Shown here: one piece after another, positions 24,601 through 38,604 of the stretch
Numbering within the stretch: the stretch's first letter is position 1
How the letters are laid out: every line of letters starts with the position of its first letter
DNA from: Tubiluchus corallicola
Lineage: Eukaryota; Animalia; Priapulida
NCBI GenBank assembly: GCA_030141605.1
Contig: JAQGDQ010000289.1
Location: 231,520 to 295,519 of the forward strand
Direction of reading: 5' to 3'
Length of the DNA stretch: 64,000 nucleotides
Notes under the pieces: model-generated
Databases searched by the model: none
What the model saw: the letters and a program-made list of their open reading frames with translations, nothing else
Told to the model about the DNA's origin: nothing
Program-made: the position numbers and the translations under genes

Positions 24601-27600
24601 TTAGATGAATCAGTGGTTGTTCAGTTGAAAGAACAGTACAGATTAGAGCAATGCCAAGGACGGTTGTACAGAAATGCACAGCGTAAGTCTGATGCTCGCA
24701 CAAAATTAACAAAACTTTTGAACCATGAAATTTGATTTCGTTTTTATTTGTTTGTGTTATTTATTAATCCGGCTTGTAACTAATGGTTAAATTAACACTC
24801 TTAACCTGTAGCATTTAGCTGAAAAAATCTCACCAAGTGCAATAGTGCTTTTTAGTATCCAAAGAACTGCACAGTGTTACTGATATGTCCTGCAGCTTAG
24901 TATAACTGTGGAGGTATCAATAATAAATATAGTTGGTATTTGTTGCAATGGTGATAGGTGACCCACCTAGTAATGACATTACTCAACCACATTCTTTGTA
25001 AGCAAAATGTTAATATACATTCTAAGGATAGCCTTTGTCACAAGGGTATTCATTGATTGAGCCCAAATTCGAGTACATGTCTGGATTTCACACTGATACG
25101 GAGTCTGGTGCAATGCAGTGCCAGACTTGCTGTATTTTGCTGCATATTTCATTGTTCACATGTTTTCATTCAACTTATACTCATTCAAAAAGTGCTTATG
25201 TCAGAATGGGTTTCAGGGGCATGAACTCGTGGAATTATCTTTTATCTGTATTCTTGTTCTGCGGTTTTTCTGACATATCATTGTTCAGATAAGGCAAGAT
25301 GCATGGATTTCAAGATAAATTTACCTATTTACTTTCGTATTATGAGTGTTTTCGAATTGTGACAGCTTTTTTGGTCATGGTTTCATGTAAATTGGTCACC
25401 TTTGTACAAATTGAAAAAAGCAGAAGAGTTTTTATTTTCTTGATATATCCTGATAACAGTCATTCTATTATATGCAACCTGTGGCATAATTACACTCAGC
25501 TCCATCACTTATATTAATGGTGCATGACCAAGGTAAAGTATTTCTAAATTTCTTCTATTTACTTTACATGATTTACTGCAGCGTGTTATCCCACCTTGAG
25601 CCAGTTATCCTATTAATTGTTTCGAAGCGATTGATATGGGCCACTTTGCTTCTTTTTAATAGCAATTGCGGTCATTTAGTCTGCAGCTCTATCCGATTGT
25701 TAGAATGGTCAAGAATGGCAGCTAATGCATTTACTTTTCAAGTAACTAAAGTGTTTTTTCTGACCATTTTGTGATGGCAAGATGCATTCTTTCAGAGTTT
25801 GGTGCTTTCAGTATTTGTCTGCATTTTCTAAACATCTGATGTGTTGTGCTTGACTAAGATATAAACTAATTCTAAAGACTGAGTTTATGTTAATTACTTA
25901 TAATAAACTGCAAAGTAAAGACTAAGTGGCAGTTAATAATATTTTTTCTGCTCTTTTTCACAAGATGAGTTGCTTATAATAGCTTCTGGAGCACACTAAT
26001 ATTATTACAACCAGATTCTGGCGAGAAATTTCAGCCCATTGTATTTGGCAGTTTCACGGCATTTAAGTGTATTTTTGCCTCCTACTGAGTTTAGGCTAAG
26101 AATTTCTGATGCTTTCTTTTTGTCATTTTCACATTTTGTATAATGCTATTATGCTTTGAACAACCACACCAAGGTTATGCATTGTGTTGTCTATGCGCAA
26201 TGATTCAGCGTGCTATTGAAATGTGCTTGTTGAGCTTGTGATTGTGCTGTGCTGTTCTCTGTGTGGCTGTTGTGTCTGATCAGATTGTGTAACATTTTTT
26301 TTCAATGAATAATTTTGGCAAAACAAAAATGTTCTATTCTTTGTTTTTTGCGAAGTAGTTGTTAACTGGGGATTATTATTGGTTCGTATGTGTACTTCCT
26401 GTGACTTATAACTACGGAAAGTCTTGTCAGCTATCTTCCTGTTGTCGTACTAGTTTGGATCATCGCCTAATTCATCATCTGTAGTGTTGTTTGGCTGTAG
26501 CCAGTTTACACCTTTCATTCTTTGATGCAGTTTTTACATTAGTGAAAAAAGCGATCATTTTCAGTTTTTCTGCTGAAACTAAATATTTTCGTTTTGCCAT
26601 GAGCGAAAGTAAATGAATCTTTGGTTTCTGTGTCAGTTTCTACCTCAATGTTCATTTATTGTTTATATTGTTATATTATTTTGTGAAAGAAACTGCCTGA
26701 AAAATAAAAAAAAGCAGATTCTGATAATCATTCTGAGACATAATGTTTGAGTGTGAGCTTGTCAGCAAACATAATATGTGCACGTCGTGTTGTGTCGATT
26801 TACCTCAAATTTATCATCGTGTTTGGAAGCCACCAAAATTCGGTATATTGATTGTTTTTCGTTGAGCTTTATTAAGAAACTCGATTAACCACTTAGAGTG
26901 CTTCAAATTACACCAAAGTTGTTTATGTCAGTATAGTTTGTAATTTATATATAGCTTATCATTGGTGTAAAATAATAATCTATATTAAATACTGTTTTGT
27001 AGTAAATATTTTGTTTACAACTATTTACTTCATGTGTAAATTACAAATGTCATAGTCAGAATATTTGGTTATTAGCACAAGTTTGCAGTTTTTGCACGAT
27101 ATGATTGTTATGTGTTTGCATGAAAATGTATATTTAGTTGCATGTTGTTGCATGACATAATATTGTTGCATGTTTGCATGTTACAGGGCCAAAGCGGTCT
27201 GCTCTGCAGGCAATGCTGGCCAGTTTAGGTGGTTCAAATGATGATATTGGTCCACCCAGTTTAGCTCCAAGTTTGTCCGCTGGAGCTTATCCACCTGTAA
27301 ATGCTAATTATGAAAACATGGGTATGTTTTGATGATTGTGGACGGTCATGTAATTAGATGGTAGTTGATAATGAATGTATCTGGTTAATATAAATTTTGG
27401 TCGTACTTTCATTGCACAGTAATATAAAAATAATAAAATTAACTCAAGTGTTAGTGAATTCTTATTATTTGTCATATAACACTCAATTGAAATTTTTAAC
27501 TTTTTGATGAATTTTTTTGATTAAAATTTACTTTTCAATTAAGTACAAAACTAATCACCTTTTATAAATACTTTACTAATTATAGTGTGACATATGAGCT

Positions 27601-30600
27601 ATTACGTTTTTCACTACATATTTTAGGTGCCCTAGATGCAAACATCCCTTTTCTAGGTGGACCTCGATATCCACTACGGATTTCCCCAGAAAATGATGTG
27701 TTTGAATCCCATTTGGGTTTAGGGGAGCTTGCCGGGCTTACCGTCTGTAACGAAGCGGAACCTACGTACGACGTAAGTAATCAAATCCCATCAAGTTCAT
27801 TGTAACAGAAGAAACATGTTACATGAAATTTGTCGAGGCAAAATTATTACATCTGTAGGTTTACATAGACCATGAAATTACTCGTATGTCTCAGTGTGCA
27901 CAGCTAAACCAAAACAGATGAATTGATGCATATAAAATGAAAACGTATGATGCTATAATCATGAAACTTGACATTGATAGGTCTGAGTAGGACCTGGAAA
28001 CCTATTGCTTTTTGGTTTTTGATTCAAAAGGTTAAAGATCAAGGTCAAAACATATTTACTCGTAAAGGCTGATGTCTGCAACTTTATCGAGTGCCCTCCC
28101 TCTCACTGTTTTTGCAGATTTCAGCTTGGTGAGGTGTAATGTAATGTCCCCTGATGAGAGGCGATGAGAGATATTAGTGTCCCAAATACTTCGGTTCATT
28201 AATATAACACTCAGAATTGTTCCTTATTAATAATATTTTTTGCATTGGCATTTCTTAATTTTTTTTGGTGTTATAATTTTAAAGCTAAAGAAATTAAATT
28301 TGTTGCAGTTGTAGCTAGTACCAACTAACAAAGTCTTCCCCAAAGTGATCTAAATTGGGTTGATGGGCCAGTGGTGTATCAGTGATAAAAAATTGACTAG
28401 AAAATCCAGTATTTTATAGATTGTGAACAATAAATTATGATTTTTCTGCATAAAAAACTTCAGCTTCAGCGGTTCTTTCAGAACAAAGATCATCTGATAG
28501 TCAACATAAGCAAGTTGTTACCTTTTGCAAGCAAGTGAAAACCTATTATTTTGGTTATAATACTTGAGTACAATCTAGAAAGTGTAGAACTATAGCACTA
28601 TTAACTAGCAAAGCAACAAAACAACTCAAAAAATTGTCTGCAGCTTAACAGAATGAACAAAAATTAAAACAATATTTGCCTTACCTTGGCAATTGTTATC
28701 CAGTTTGCTGGGTTATTTTGATTTAGCTTAGATGTTTCCACCAGTCTTTAATTTTAATGCTTGAAGCCTGTCTGGAAACTAATAACTAAGGATGCGCACC
28801 GAAAATTATTGGCACTAAGCCACAAGTTTTTACCTCAGTATTTACAACACGTAAGTTCAAAATGTGAGAAAATTTCAAGTTCATTAACACGCGAAAAAGT
28901 TGTTAACTAATGTTATGGGTATTGCGTATTTGAATTATCTGATACCTTATGTTTTAGTTTGCAAACGTAAACTCTTAGCTAACTTTCTAATGTAAACAGG
29001 TAGAATTAAGTGTGCTTTCTGGATGCTGAATAGGCTTGAGTATTCACTTGGTAATATCTTGTTTGTATCTAGCAACTTTCAACTGATAGTGATTCAATGA
29101 GAAAGACATGGAATGCTAAGTACACACTGAGGAGTCATTTTGACGGGATCAGGGCTTTGGCGTTTCATCCCGATGAACCGGTGTTAATTACCGCCTCAGA
29201 AGATCACACTTTAAAGTTGTGGAACCTGGAAAAGACTGTCCCTGCCAAAAAGTAATGACTTATCATTATTTTTCAAAACTACTTTCTATAAGATTATAGA
29301 ACCATTGAGACAGTGAGTTGTTGTTGTGTCTTCGGATTATTTTGGGCTCTAAAATTGTATTGTACCTCAATGTAAGAAAAATCTTGCCACATGCAAAGTA
29401 AATTAGAAGTACTTAATCACTTTCTTAAGTTTGTTGTATAGTATCCAGTAAATCTTGAAAGCATTGTAGACATCATGGTAGGCATGAATTTCATTCCTAC
29501 ATACAACTGTTTCTTTACTTTTTTCAGTTTAATGCGATATTAATTTAAATATAGGCAATAACTTTTTGAAAATGACAAGTACTTCAAATTAAGCAAACTT
29601 ACTGAAAATTGCAAGTGATTACAAAAGCATACGCTGGAATACCTATGTCATTGTTAGTACTTTGTGCATCATTGCAAATGTGTAAAACTGCACCAGTTGT
29701 TTTTACAATTTTTAATTTTTTAATTTTTGCCTTTATATCTCCCGTTTTTCTAAGTAACAGTTGTATTATATATAGAAGTTTTAACTAATGTAATTTGTAA
29801 TATGATTGTAGACCATATTTATTGTATGGGTGCTTGCATGTTAGCTTATAGGTAGGTGTCATAAAAACTCTTGAATATAAAAGAAAGAGTACATAATGTA
29901 GACATTGATTACGAAAGCAAATGTGAAAAACGAGATGCTTTTGATGTGACTGGTGATGTTTTTTGTTCCAGGGCTGCCTCACTAGACGTTGAGCCAATTT
30001 ACACATTTCGTGGCCACAGGTGTGTGCTTTTCTTTCATTAAAAAACTTATACTTTACAAAATTACCTATACTAAGTAATGAGTTAAAGATGTTTCAATAA
30101 GTAGTGCAATGATGTTATATGATAACTGGATAATTCCTGAAGATTAAAGTTGTTGTTACAATTTGTTTTGTCATATCTCCATTTTCAGTCTGAATATTTT
30201 ACTGTAAAAACAGTATTGCCTTAAAAAAGTAAAGTCCAAAAGAAACAGTGTAAGTGTCCTGTGTTCATGGAAAGAGACAGGAAACAATTACCTTGCTTTC
30301 TGATTTTCGAGCCCTTTTTTATTTCTTTATAGTGGACCTGTGTTATCATTGGCTATAAGCAGCAACGGTGAAGAATGTTTTAGCGGTGGTGCTGATTCCG
30401 TGATACAGTGTTGGCGTGTCCCAAGTTTCAACATTGATCCATATGATTCTTATGGTGAGTGTTCAAAACTTGGAATTTTTATGATTTTTGTGTCATAGAA
30501 TTCGTTTAATGGGTGTCTGTATAGGTTTGCAAGTCTTTCAATTTTAGAATTATTGCTGAATTTTTGTATTTGTGAGATTATGAAGAGACACTTAGCTAAG

Positions 30601-33600
30601 CTTCAGCAAGTCTTTTGTTCTAGGTTACTAAGCCTGGGTCATATAAAGATATGTCTTTAATAGAGAGAGTACTATAAATAAACTCAGCTCGACAAAAAAC
30701 GATAGGAAAGTGAGACACAGTTTTGTCATAACTGACATTGAATGAAGTAATGCAGAGCTCTTGTAAAGGTCAGAAATTTAAAGTTTGAACAAACTGAGAA
30801 AAATTCTTGTCGACAAAGTATTATTATCAAAAAATACAATTTTATGATTGCAGACCCCTCGGTGTTGACACAGACGCTGAATGGTCATTTAGATGCTGTA
30901 TGGGGACTCTCGATGCACCGTGATAGATTACAGCTTCTGTCATGTTCTGCTGATTCCACTATTAGGTTATGGGCACCACATACTTCTGAACCAATGCTGC
31001 GTACTATTTTGCATGACAGTGGTAAGTAGTGAATCTTTTATAAAAGGGAAAAAAGATTGATTTTAGTTGATAGCATTTCTGCAGTTCAACGAATAGTGTT
31101 AGTTTGATATTCACTCAAAGTCGTATCATGCATATCATGTGTTTACCTCATAGTGGGAGGGTGTAGATACGTGTGGCCGTGATGGCTGTGGCCGTGGCCT
31201 GAAATGTGGCCGTGATGCCTCTGCCAGCTCAGAGGGATGTCTTTGATTAGATGAGTTAGGCTCTTGTCGCATTGCAAACATCACTTTTTTAAGTAGAGCC
31301 TGCTTTTGAGTGTTTTGGGCATGCATTTTGTGCAAATGTCAAAAAAAGTATCTAGAAGTTGTTTTCCAGCTTAAGCTTGTGAAAGGCACATCTAATTATT
31401 TTTATTTCCTATAGAACTTTCACCCTAATGGGCTTCATAAGCTGAAAAAATAATGTTTATAAATGTGCTTTGTCTTTAGTACTAGTAGTATTCTACTTTT
31501 TATTCAGGTTCATGATTTATTTCAGTGGTTATGTTTGTGTGCTTCAGGTTCAATGCCGATGTCTATAGATTTTGTTCACTCGGATCCAGAACTAATGGTA
31601 GCCTCATTTAGTAATTGCGATACAATTGTTTATGATTTAGAAACGGCAACACCAGTATTACATTTGGACACAAATAAGTCAACAGGTAGGTCATTATTGT
31701 GAACATAGTTTAGCTAATGTATGTAATTCATTTCTAACATAATTTTTCCTTATTTTGTTAAAAAGGTATACCACCTAAAAGTTTGCTGTGAAATTAATCG
31801 CACTCATGAAAAATACTTACTATTATAAAATAATAAATTCACATAACGTCGTTAAATTTGTTATCCCAGATGTTTATGCGTTATGTCCTTGATTCTGTCG
31901 TCAAGTTAAATCTCAGCTTACAGTGTTATTTATTCAGAAACTGTCAAACAATCTGAACATACAGGTTTAGCATACCTTGAAAATGTATGGCTTCTATAGT
32001 ATTAACTTGCTACAATGGTGCATTCGCATTGCATTCAATTTCCTTTCATTAGAACTTTGTTTATTTGCCAGACTTTACCAATCAGTATTTGTTTGTCATA
32101 GACATTTATTTTTATTTTATAATATACAGTATTCGTTGTTCAAATGCAACAACTTAAATGCTTGTTTAGCTGACAAGAATGGTTCATTTTTTAGATACTG
32201 ATTCACCTTCTCTAATTTACCATGTTGTGAGTCATCCTACTCTGCCAGTCACCATAACTTCTCACGAGGATCGTCATATTAGGTTTTACGACAACAATAC
32301 TGGTGAGTACAAGATGAAAATGAAACTTGGACCTTTACTGGACATTTGCAGTTATGATTGTGTAACTGCCGACAAATTTGTTGCTGAAAACCTGCATATT
32401 GCAATATATTTTCTATTTCTTGTGGTGTGCATGTGTGGTTCATTAAATTGCCATGACAGACAGACCTGGGCACTAAGTACACATGTTTACAACTGTCTAG
32501 CTCAATAAGCCTTTTCACAGTTGTCTGGTACACTTAACCTTTGACCTTTTCACGATCATCATCTATTGCTGGAACTGTGAAAAGTCTTATTGTATATGCC
32601 TGATTCATTAATGTTATTCATTTTTCGAACTTAGCGCCTAGGTGAAAGCTGTAAATGATGACTTGGCTAAGCTATACCATCATATAACAGAAATAGAAAG
32701 AGAGTGAAATGTAGCCAGAGCAGGGGTCTACATTACACAAATAATAATGGACATAATTGAATAAATTATTTGGAGCTTCAGTATTGTATCTTTCTGGAGC
32801 ATTGTTTCTAGGTATCTAGATTGCTTTATTTTATGCCTCCAAAGGCTTAATTTGGAGGTGAAACATGTCTCCAAATAATACATGTAATTAACTTGCTGTT
32901 ACAAATTAGATTTTTTAGGTGTTCCTGTGATGTTATTGGTTTTATCACTTAGCTAGTAGTTGTCAAGATGTCAGTACTTATAATTGGTCAGTCTTTCAGT
33001 AATGTTGGGTGAGCTGATATATGTCCTGTATCTTGCTGAGCTGTGTTCAAGTACATTAAATAATGATGCTAACATGTTCAAACAAAACGTGTCGTTAAGA
33101 GAAACATCGTTAAATGAAGCTGTGCCTTCCATAGTGAATTATGTAAAAGTGTTTACAAGTGTAAATCTTTTTTCAATCTTTTTTCACAGATTGCGACTAA
33201 CTTTAAATGAACTAATCAATTTGGTGTTTTTCAGGCAAGATCATACATTCTATGGTAGCACATTTAGAAGCAGTAACAAGCTTAGCAATTGATCCCAATG
33301 GACTGTATTTATTATCAGGAAGTAAGAAGTTTTTACTTGCGGCTTTTACTAATCTACCAAAAATTCTGCACAACTTGCTAGAACCTGAAATTTGTATTCA
33401 CAATTTAAATTTTAGCAAATGCTATTTGTTTAAATAATCCTGGTAGTAGTTTTTTTGATACCACATTATTTCTTGGTCCTATGTCAAAAAAATATGTTGA
33501 AGGCAAATTTAAATGTGCAAAATAGTATATTTCCTATTTGTTGACAGTCAGAAGGCTAAATATCATATTCACTAACTGCATATGTTACAGGTAATAACAG

Positions 33601-33874
33601 TTTGTCAGTCAAACAGTCAGCTTTTCATTCAATTCTCTTCTGCATTTACTTGTTTTTTTTGTTTTTCTTTCATATGCGATCTCTAATTTTTTAATGTTTT
33701 TTAGGTCATGATTGCTCTATTAGATTATGGAACCTAGACAGTAAAACTTGCATACAAGAAATAACGTCACATCGGAAGAAGTTTGACGAAGCCATTTATG
33801 ATGTTGCATTTCATCCATCGAAGCCGTACATTGCTAGTGCTGGTGCTGATGCACTTGCAAAAGTATTTGTATGA
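15626..33874 (+). CDS. STRN3: Striatin (STRN3/SG2NA/Cka-like; PP2A B''' subunit and STRIPAK scaffold), 19 coding exons
   Basis: Exons: 15626-15838, 18607-18710, 19545-19609, 20051-20129, 20376-20543, 22476-22610, 22985-23060, 23806-23920, 24536-24682, 27187-27321, 27627-27772, 29073-29251, 29972-30019, 30333-30454, 30854-31021, 31548-31685, 32195-32302, 33235-33321, 33705-33874; all GT-AG and phase-consistent. Motifs: [126 protein letters not shown] (WD40 start), C-terminus [13 protein letters not shown]. The symbol names the closest vertebrate paralog by my recognition only. Confidence 0.96.
21062..21684. mobile_element. piggyBac-type non-autonomous element (MITE) in striatin intron 5
   Basis: TTAA-CCCTTTCACTACG (21062-21078) and CGTAGTGAAAGGG-TTAA (21668-21684): perfect 13-bp TIRs with CCC/GGG ends and a TTAA TSD. 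Confidence 0.88.
27117..27180 (+). promoter_or_regulatory. Cluster of five TGCATG (Rbfox-binding) elements just upstream of striatin exon 10
   Basis: TGCATG at 27117, 27139, 27149, 27167 and 27175; the acceptor AG is at 27185-27186. Confidence 0.7.
27845..28105 (+). mobile_element. Short non-coding interspersed repeat, possibly HINE/DINE-1-like
   Basis: Contains ATCATGAAACTTG...CCTATTG.TTTT...AAAGGTTAAAGATCAAGGTCA, blocks typical of these short invertebrate elements. Ends uncertain. Confidence 0.4.
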
Positions 33875-35169
33875 CAATGTGTTATTTGTTATAGACTTCG
33901 TAGAATGCCAATTAATTATATGAAAAAATAACACTTCCAGGTCTTAAAATGTGTAATAAATGCCATCCAAATTAAATTTGTTACTAATTGTGAGCATTCA
34001 GAGTGTAGCTGTTGAATTCAGTCTCTTTGAAATTTGGTTTTTGTTAATCTGCTGCTTAGCTATGTATATTTATTGGTAATTTGATAAGTTTGCCTCGTCT
34101 TGTCTACATCTAACAGTCTGGTCTGTAACTTTGTGCCATTTGTAAATTGATGTGAATAGTTTAGTAGCAAAAACAATTACGAAATTAATTTATTTTATTC
34201 TATACAGCATAACACATTAGCCAGGGGCTTGTTCATGTAATAAATTAGATATAATATTAATTATTATCAATAATTTTGCTTATGTCAAAGCTGGATGTTG
34301 CTGTACATAAATAAAATTGGTGTTACAAAATAATATCTTGATTGTGATATAATACTGTGAATATCAAAAGTTGGTACAAATTGATTCATTGAAATGCTAT
34401 TTGAAGCAAAACTTATTGCCCAGAAAGTGACAAATTAGAGTCATGAAAATAATACTAGATACGCCTCTATGCATTTATGCTATGTGCTTTCAAACTGTGA
34501 TGTTAGAATGATGTGTTCAGATTTTCTGCATTACCATATTTGTATCAATTTAATCACTTTTTAGGCACCTACTGCATGTCGACCAGTCCTTTCTGTCTAC
34601 ACAGATTAGAATATTTTGATGATACCCCTTTGGCACAACTCTGCTATTTTTCGATTAGGTACCTCTTAATGTGTCCACGAAATTTTTTAGTTTGGGGACG
34701 TCATGAGGGCAGGTGCTCCATCTATCTGCTGCCCCGAGACTAAAGATGTTATTAACTTTTTGTGCCGTGGCTATCTCTCTTATTAATCTTGTAGGGACAT
34801 CCTTTTCTGTTTGTTTGGCAGTTTGTATGTAACACCTCAGTTCATTATGAAATAAATAAAAAAATGCAAAAGTATAAAATTATAGAAACATATAAGTTAA
34901 AAGCCAACATGCAAAAAGCGCTTATGCAGACTGTCGGATTAATTAGTATGCATCAAATTTAAGTCATATGAGTAACGCGCTAAGAGATGCATGCATTTAA
35001 ATAAAAGTAAACTTTTTATATACAACCTAAATAAATCACAGATGATTAAAAATGATAACACAGTTCCCACTTAGGCTATAAAAGGCCTCAAATTAAAAAA
35101 AGAGCTATGCCAAACTAAAGACATTGCTCGTGGAAGCCTAGAGGAGTACTAGGCCGGTTTCTAAATGTT

Positions 35170-35535
35170 CAGTATAGTGCAATGCGCAATAGTACGGTAT
35201 AGAACAATGCAACGCAGCACATATGTTCTAATGTTCTGCTCAAGTGTACGGTATGATATACACTGTAGTACAGTATAGTGTACTCTATTCTACTGCACTG
35301 TATTGCATGACCCTTCACTCTACTGCTTTGTAGTGTGGTGTGTTGTCTGCATTACACTGTGCTGTACTGCACTTTACAGCACTCTGTAGTTATTGTGTTT
35401 TACTGTATATCCATGTGCTGTGCCATTTATTGTGATTTACTTTCACTGAATATGTTGTACTGTACTGTACAGTATAATGTTATTGTGGTACAGCTAGTGG
35501 TCTGTGTTACCTTGTGCTGTGTTGTACTGTACTCT
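35170..35535. repeat. Degenerate 5-bp tandem repeat (ACTGT/ACAGT type)
   Basis: Recurrent tactg/gtgct/gtact pentamers. Confidence 0.6.
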
Positions 35536-36170
35536 TAGATGAGTACTCAAGTAACGCACAGCTTTCATTCAATACGGCATGGTACCATAATGTAGAGTAA
35601 CACATTTTATGGAAATTTCCATTTACGTTGAGTAGGCCTACCTGTCACACATTGGCACCATGTACATGTTTCGTGTGACCTATTGACACTACACGTAGTT
35701 GCAGCTACCGAGAAGTTTGTACTAGAAATTGTACTGTTAAACTATATCTTTACTAACGAATTGTAGACCTGAGGGCAGCGGTAAGCTTTAAAAATTGGTA
35801 GGTTAACCTAGCGAAAATAAATGTCATTAAACAGGAGGTTTTAGTGTAATACGTAGTAGCTTAAGGCCATGATTAGTACATAAAGAGTTAACTAACTGTA
35901 ACGTACAACTACATAAGCAAATCTGTACAACGCTGTGGGGGTAACTCAGGAATTTAAAGAAATGAAACAAAAAATATTAGATTTACACACCGTATCTAGT
36001 TCCCAGATCCTGTCAAATTCAGCATCGCGAGTTACTGAAATGCTTGAAATCACACATAACATTTTTATTGATTTATAAAGTGTTAAGTTTTCTTGCCTAA
36101 TCGAGCAAATAAATAATAACACTATAAAAGGTTAGTTTTGATATGCTAAGGGGCTTAAATTTGAATACGA

Positions 36171-36910
36171 TGATTATTTAATAATAATAATAAAACCTTT
36201 ATTTAAGGTGGATAACGCTTTAACCGTGTATGGGTTATAACCTAAGTGGTGTCCACAGAATATGTGTGTCTGATAAAATTAATTAAAATCACATAAGCAT
36301 ACAAATAAAAGATAAAGGAAATTAATATAAATACAGTAATTAAAAAATAATACATAAATAAAGTAGCCTGAACGAAGATAAAAAGCTTGAGTTTAGGATA
36401 ATAAAGACAACTACACACACACGCACACACAAGGTGAGTGTGTTAACGACCGTATCGTCGTACACTCACCTCGCTCTACTCAAATTGTTTTATTTTAAAT
36501 TTATTGATTTGTCTGATGATGTATTTTTGATGTGTGAAAATATCAAAAATAAATTCATAGTTCACAAATTAAGAACTGTTAAAGACATAAAAAACTTTTT
36601 ACGAAAATATTCTACAATATTACATTTTGTTTCTCAAATAATTTAACAATGCCTTTCTGAATGAATGTACATTTTCACAGCTAGTAATATGGGAGGTAAT
36701 GCATCTGATCTGGCAGTAACGTCGGATACGAAAGTAAACTTTTCTTTCAAGTGAGCAGGAGCTAATTCATTTAAAGATTTGTAGACCAAAAATGCTTGAT
36801 GAAAAGTGACTCTCCTTTTCAAAGAAAGCTATTTTAAATCCGGCAACTGATTAGTTGGAGTTTCAGTATATTTATTAAAGATCAAACATATTGCTCGCTT
36901 TTGGATCTGA
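36171..36910 (-). mobile_element. 3' fragment of an L2/Crack/CR1-type LINE
   Basis: Minus strand reads QKRAICLIF...LKRRVTFHQAFLVYKSLNELAPAHL (post-RT region), followed by a putative 3'UTR ending in a (TTA)n tail near 36175-36192. Confidence 0.65.
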
Positions 36911-38604
36911 AAAATTGAAAAGAAATTTCAACCTTAACTGATTAATCGTAATTTAACAGAATATGCTGCAGATATTTCACGGCTTTACCAGTTACGGTAG
37001 ATTATCAACATCAACATAACATATTTTATTCTTGTTTTTCTAGTATCGTGCGCAAGCTTATACGTAAATCAAAAGGGGCCTTTGGCAATTCTTTCTATTT
37101 TTTGATTGGCACCACGCTGCTATGGCAAATGCAGCAGTAACGCTAGGAATAAGGTACAAAATTAATGTGGTAATAGGTCCTTCGCTCTGCAAAAGAAGTT
37201 CAGCTGAAATTCAGAATACCATATGGATCAGATTATTTTCTCATTATTAACAGTATTCTCATTATTAACCATGTATGCAGTTTTTCAACAAGACGAAGCC
37301 CTTCCTGATTACTCATGAGCTATGAGAGACTTTCTCAATGCAAGATACCCGGCTTGCCATTTGATTGGTCCCCGAGATTCTTTTGACTGGAAGGGATAGG
37401 TTCTTCTACAAAATTATATAAGGCAAAAATTTATTTTCGTGAACTCGAAATAAATGTTAGAAATCGTTGTGCAAACACTCAATTTGAAATTTGCTGATGC
37501 TGGAAATGTGTAACATATCATTAGCAGACCTGCTTTGAAGAAGGTAGTGAAAACAGAGAAACATACCAGTACAATGTGCAGCAGTTATTTTCACGTTTTT
37601 CTCTAATTTGACTAAAAATATTGCCAAAGGTTTTAGCTCATCTCTGCCTATTTTAAAACATTTTGCTTGGATTTGAAAAAAATATAGAAAATGTGAAATA
37701 TGATATTGTCTTCTGTACGCCCTGAATTTTGATGAATTTTTTTTAATTTTCATAAAATGGACATTTTGACTATATAAGCTGACATTCCATGCAATTTGTT
37801 TTGACAGCAGTGTCCTATAATTTGGGATAGTTTTTACAAAAATGTGTCCTATGTGATAAATGAGTGAAGTTTTGGGAATTTAAGCTGAAATTAATCAATT
37901 GCCGTAGGGCGGTAAAGTACGATGAACTGATATATTAAATTAGTCATTGTCTAAAAATCTGTAACTAGGGATTCAGTTTCAGTAATATTTTTTTACAGTG
38001 GCGAATTTCAATTTTTACTATATACGAAAATTTATTAATACTTTAAATAGAATTATATAATATAAAAAAGAATACATAATACACATATTCAAATTTGACT
38101 ATAATAATATCTGACAGACAAATTTAAAATCGACCTTATTTTCATAGGTGACTGGTCCAGACAGAAAGTCAGCAAAGCATTAAATGCATTTTATTTAATT
38201 AAACCGCTTTAGAATGCGCCGCCCACAGAAGTGGTTGTAATAATCGAACCTAGATTAGATTATTATTTAGTTGTATTATACTCGTAGCTATTGTTTGAGC
38301 ATGACTTGACTTTTAATTATTTTGCAATCAACAGTATATAGTTTGAAGGAGTGTGCAGCAAGCGTGTCATATTCCAACATGCATTTGAAGTTTTTACGAG
38401 ACAGTAACACATTAAAAAGCGATTTCTCTTAATATAAGAGCAAATAAAACGCGAATTTAACATTTGTTGCTTAAAATGAAAATTTAATACTGTGGGAACA
38501 AAGATCGAATTAGTAACTTTAAATTTATACCCGGAAATCGCAATTAAAAGTGCGTAAAGTGGATTTTAACGACAATTTCATCTTTTCAAGTGTTTTTAAG
38601 AAAC

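Noticed and set aside
33872-33931. Striatin stop codon in a TGA-C read-through-prone context
   Set aside because: The downstream extension is short and featureless, and no conservation evidence is available.
34500-34850. Possible RTE-like LINE tail on the minus strand
   Set aside because: Too decayed to assign from motifs by eye.
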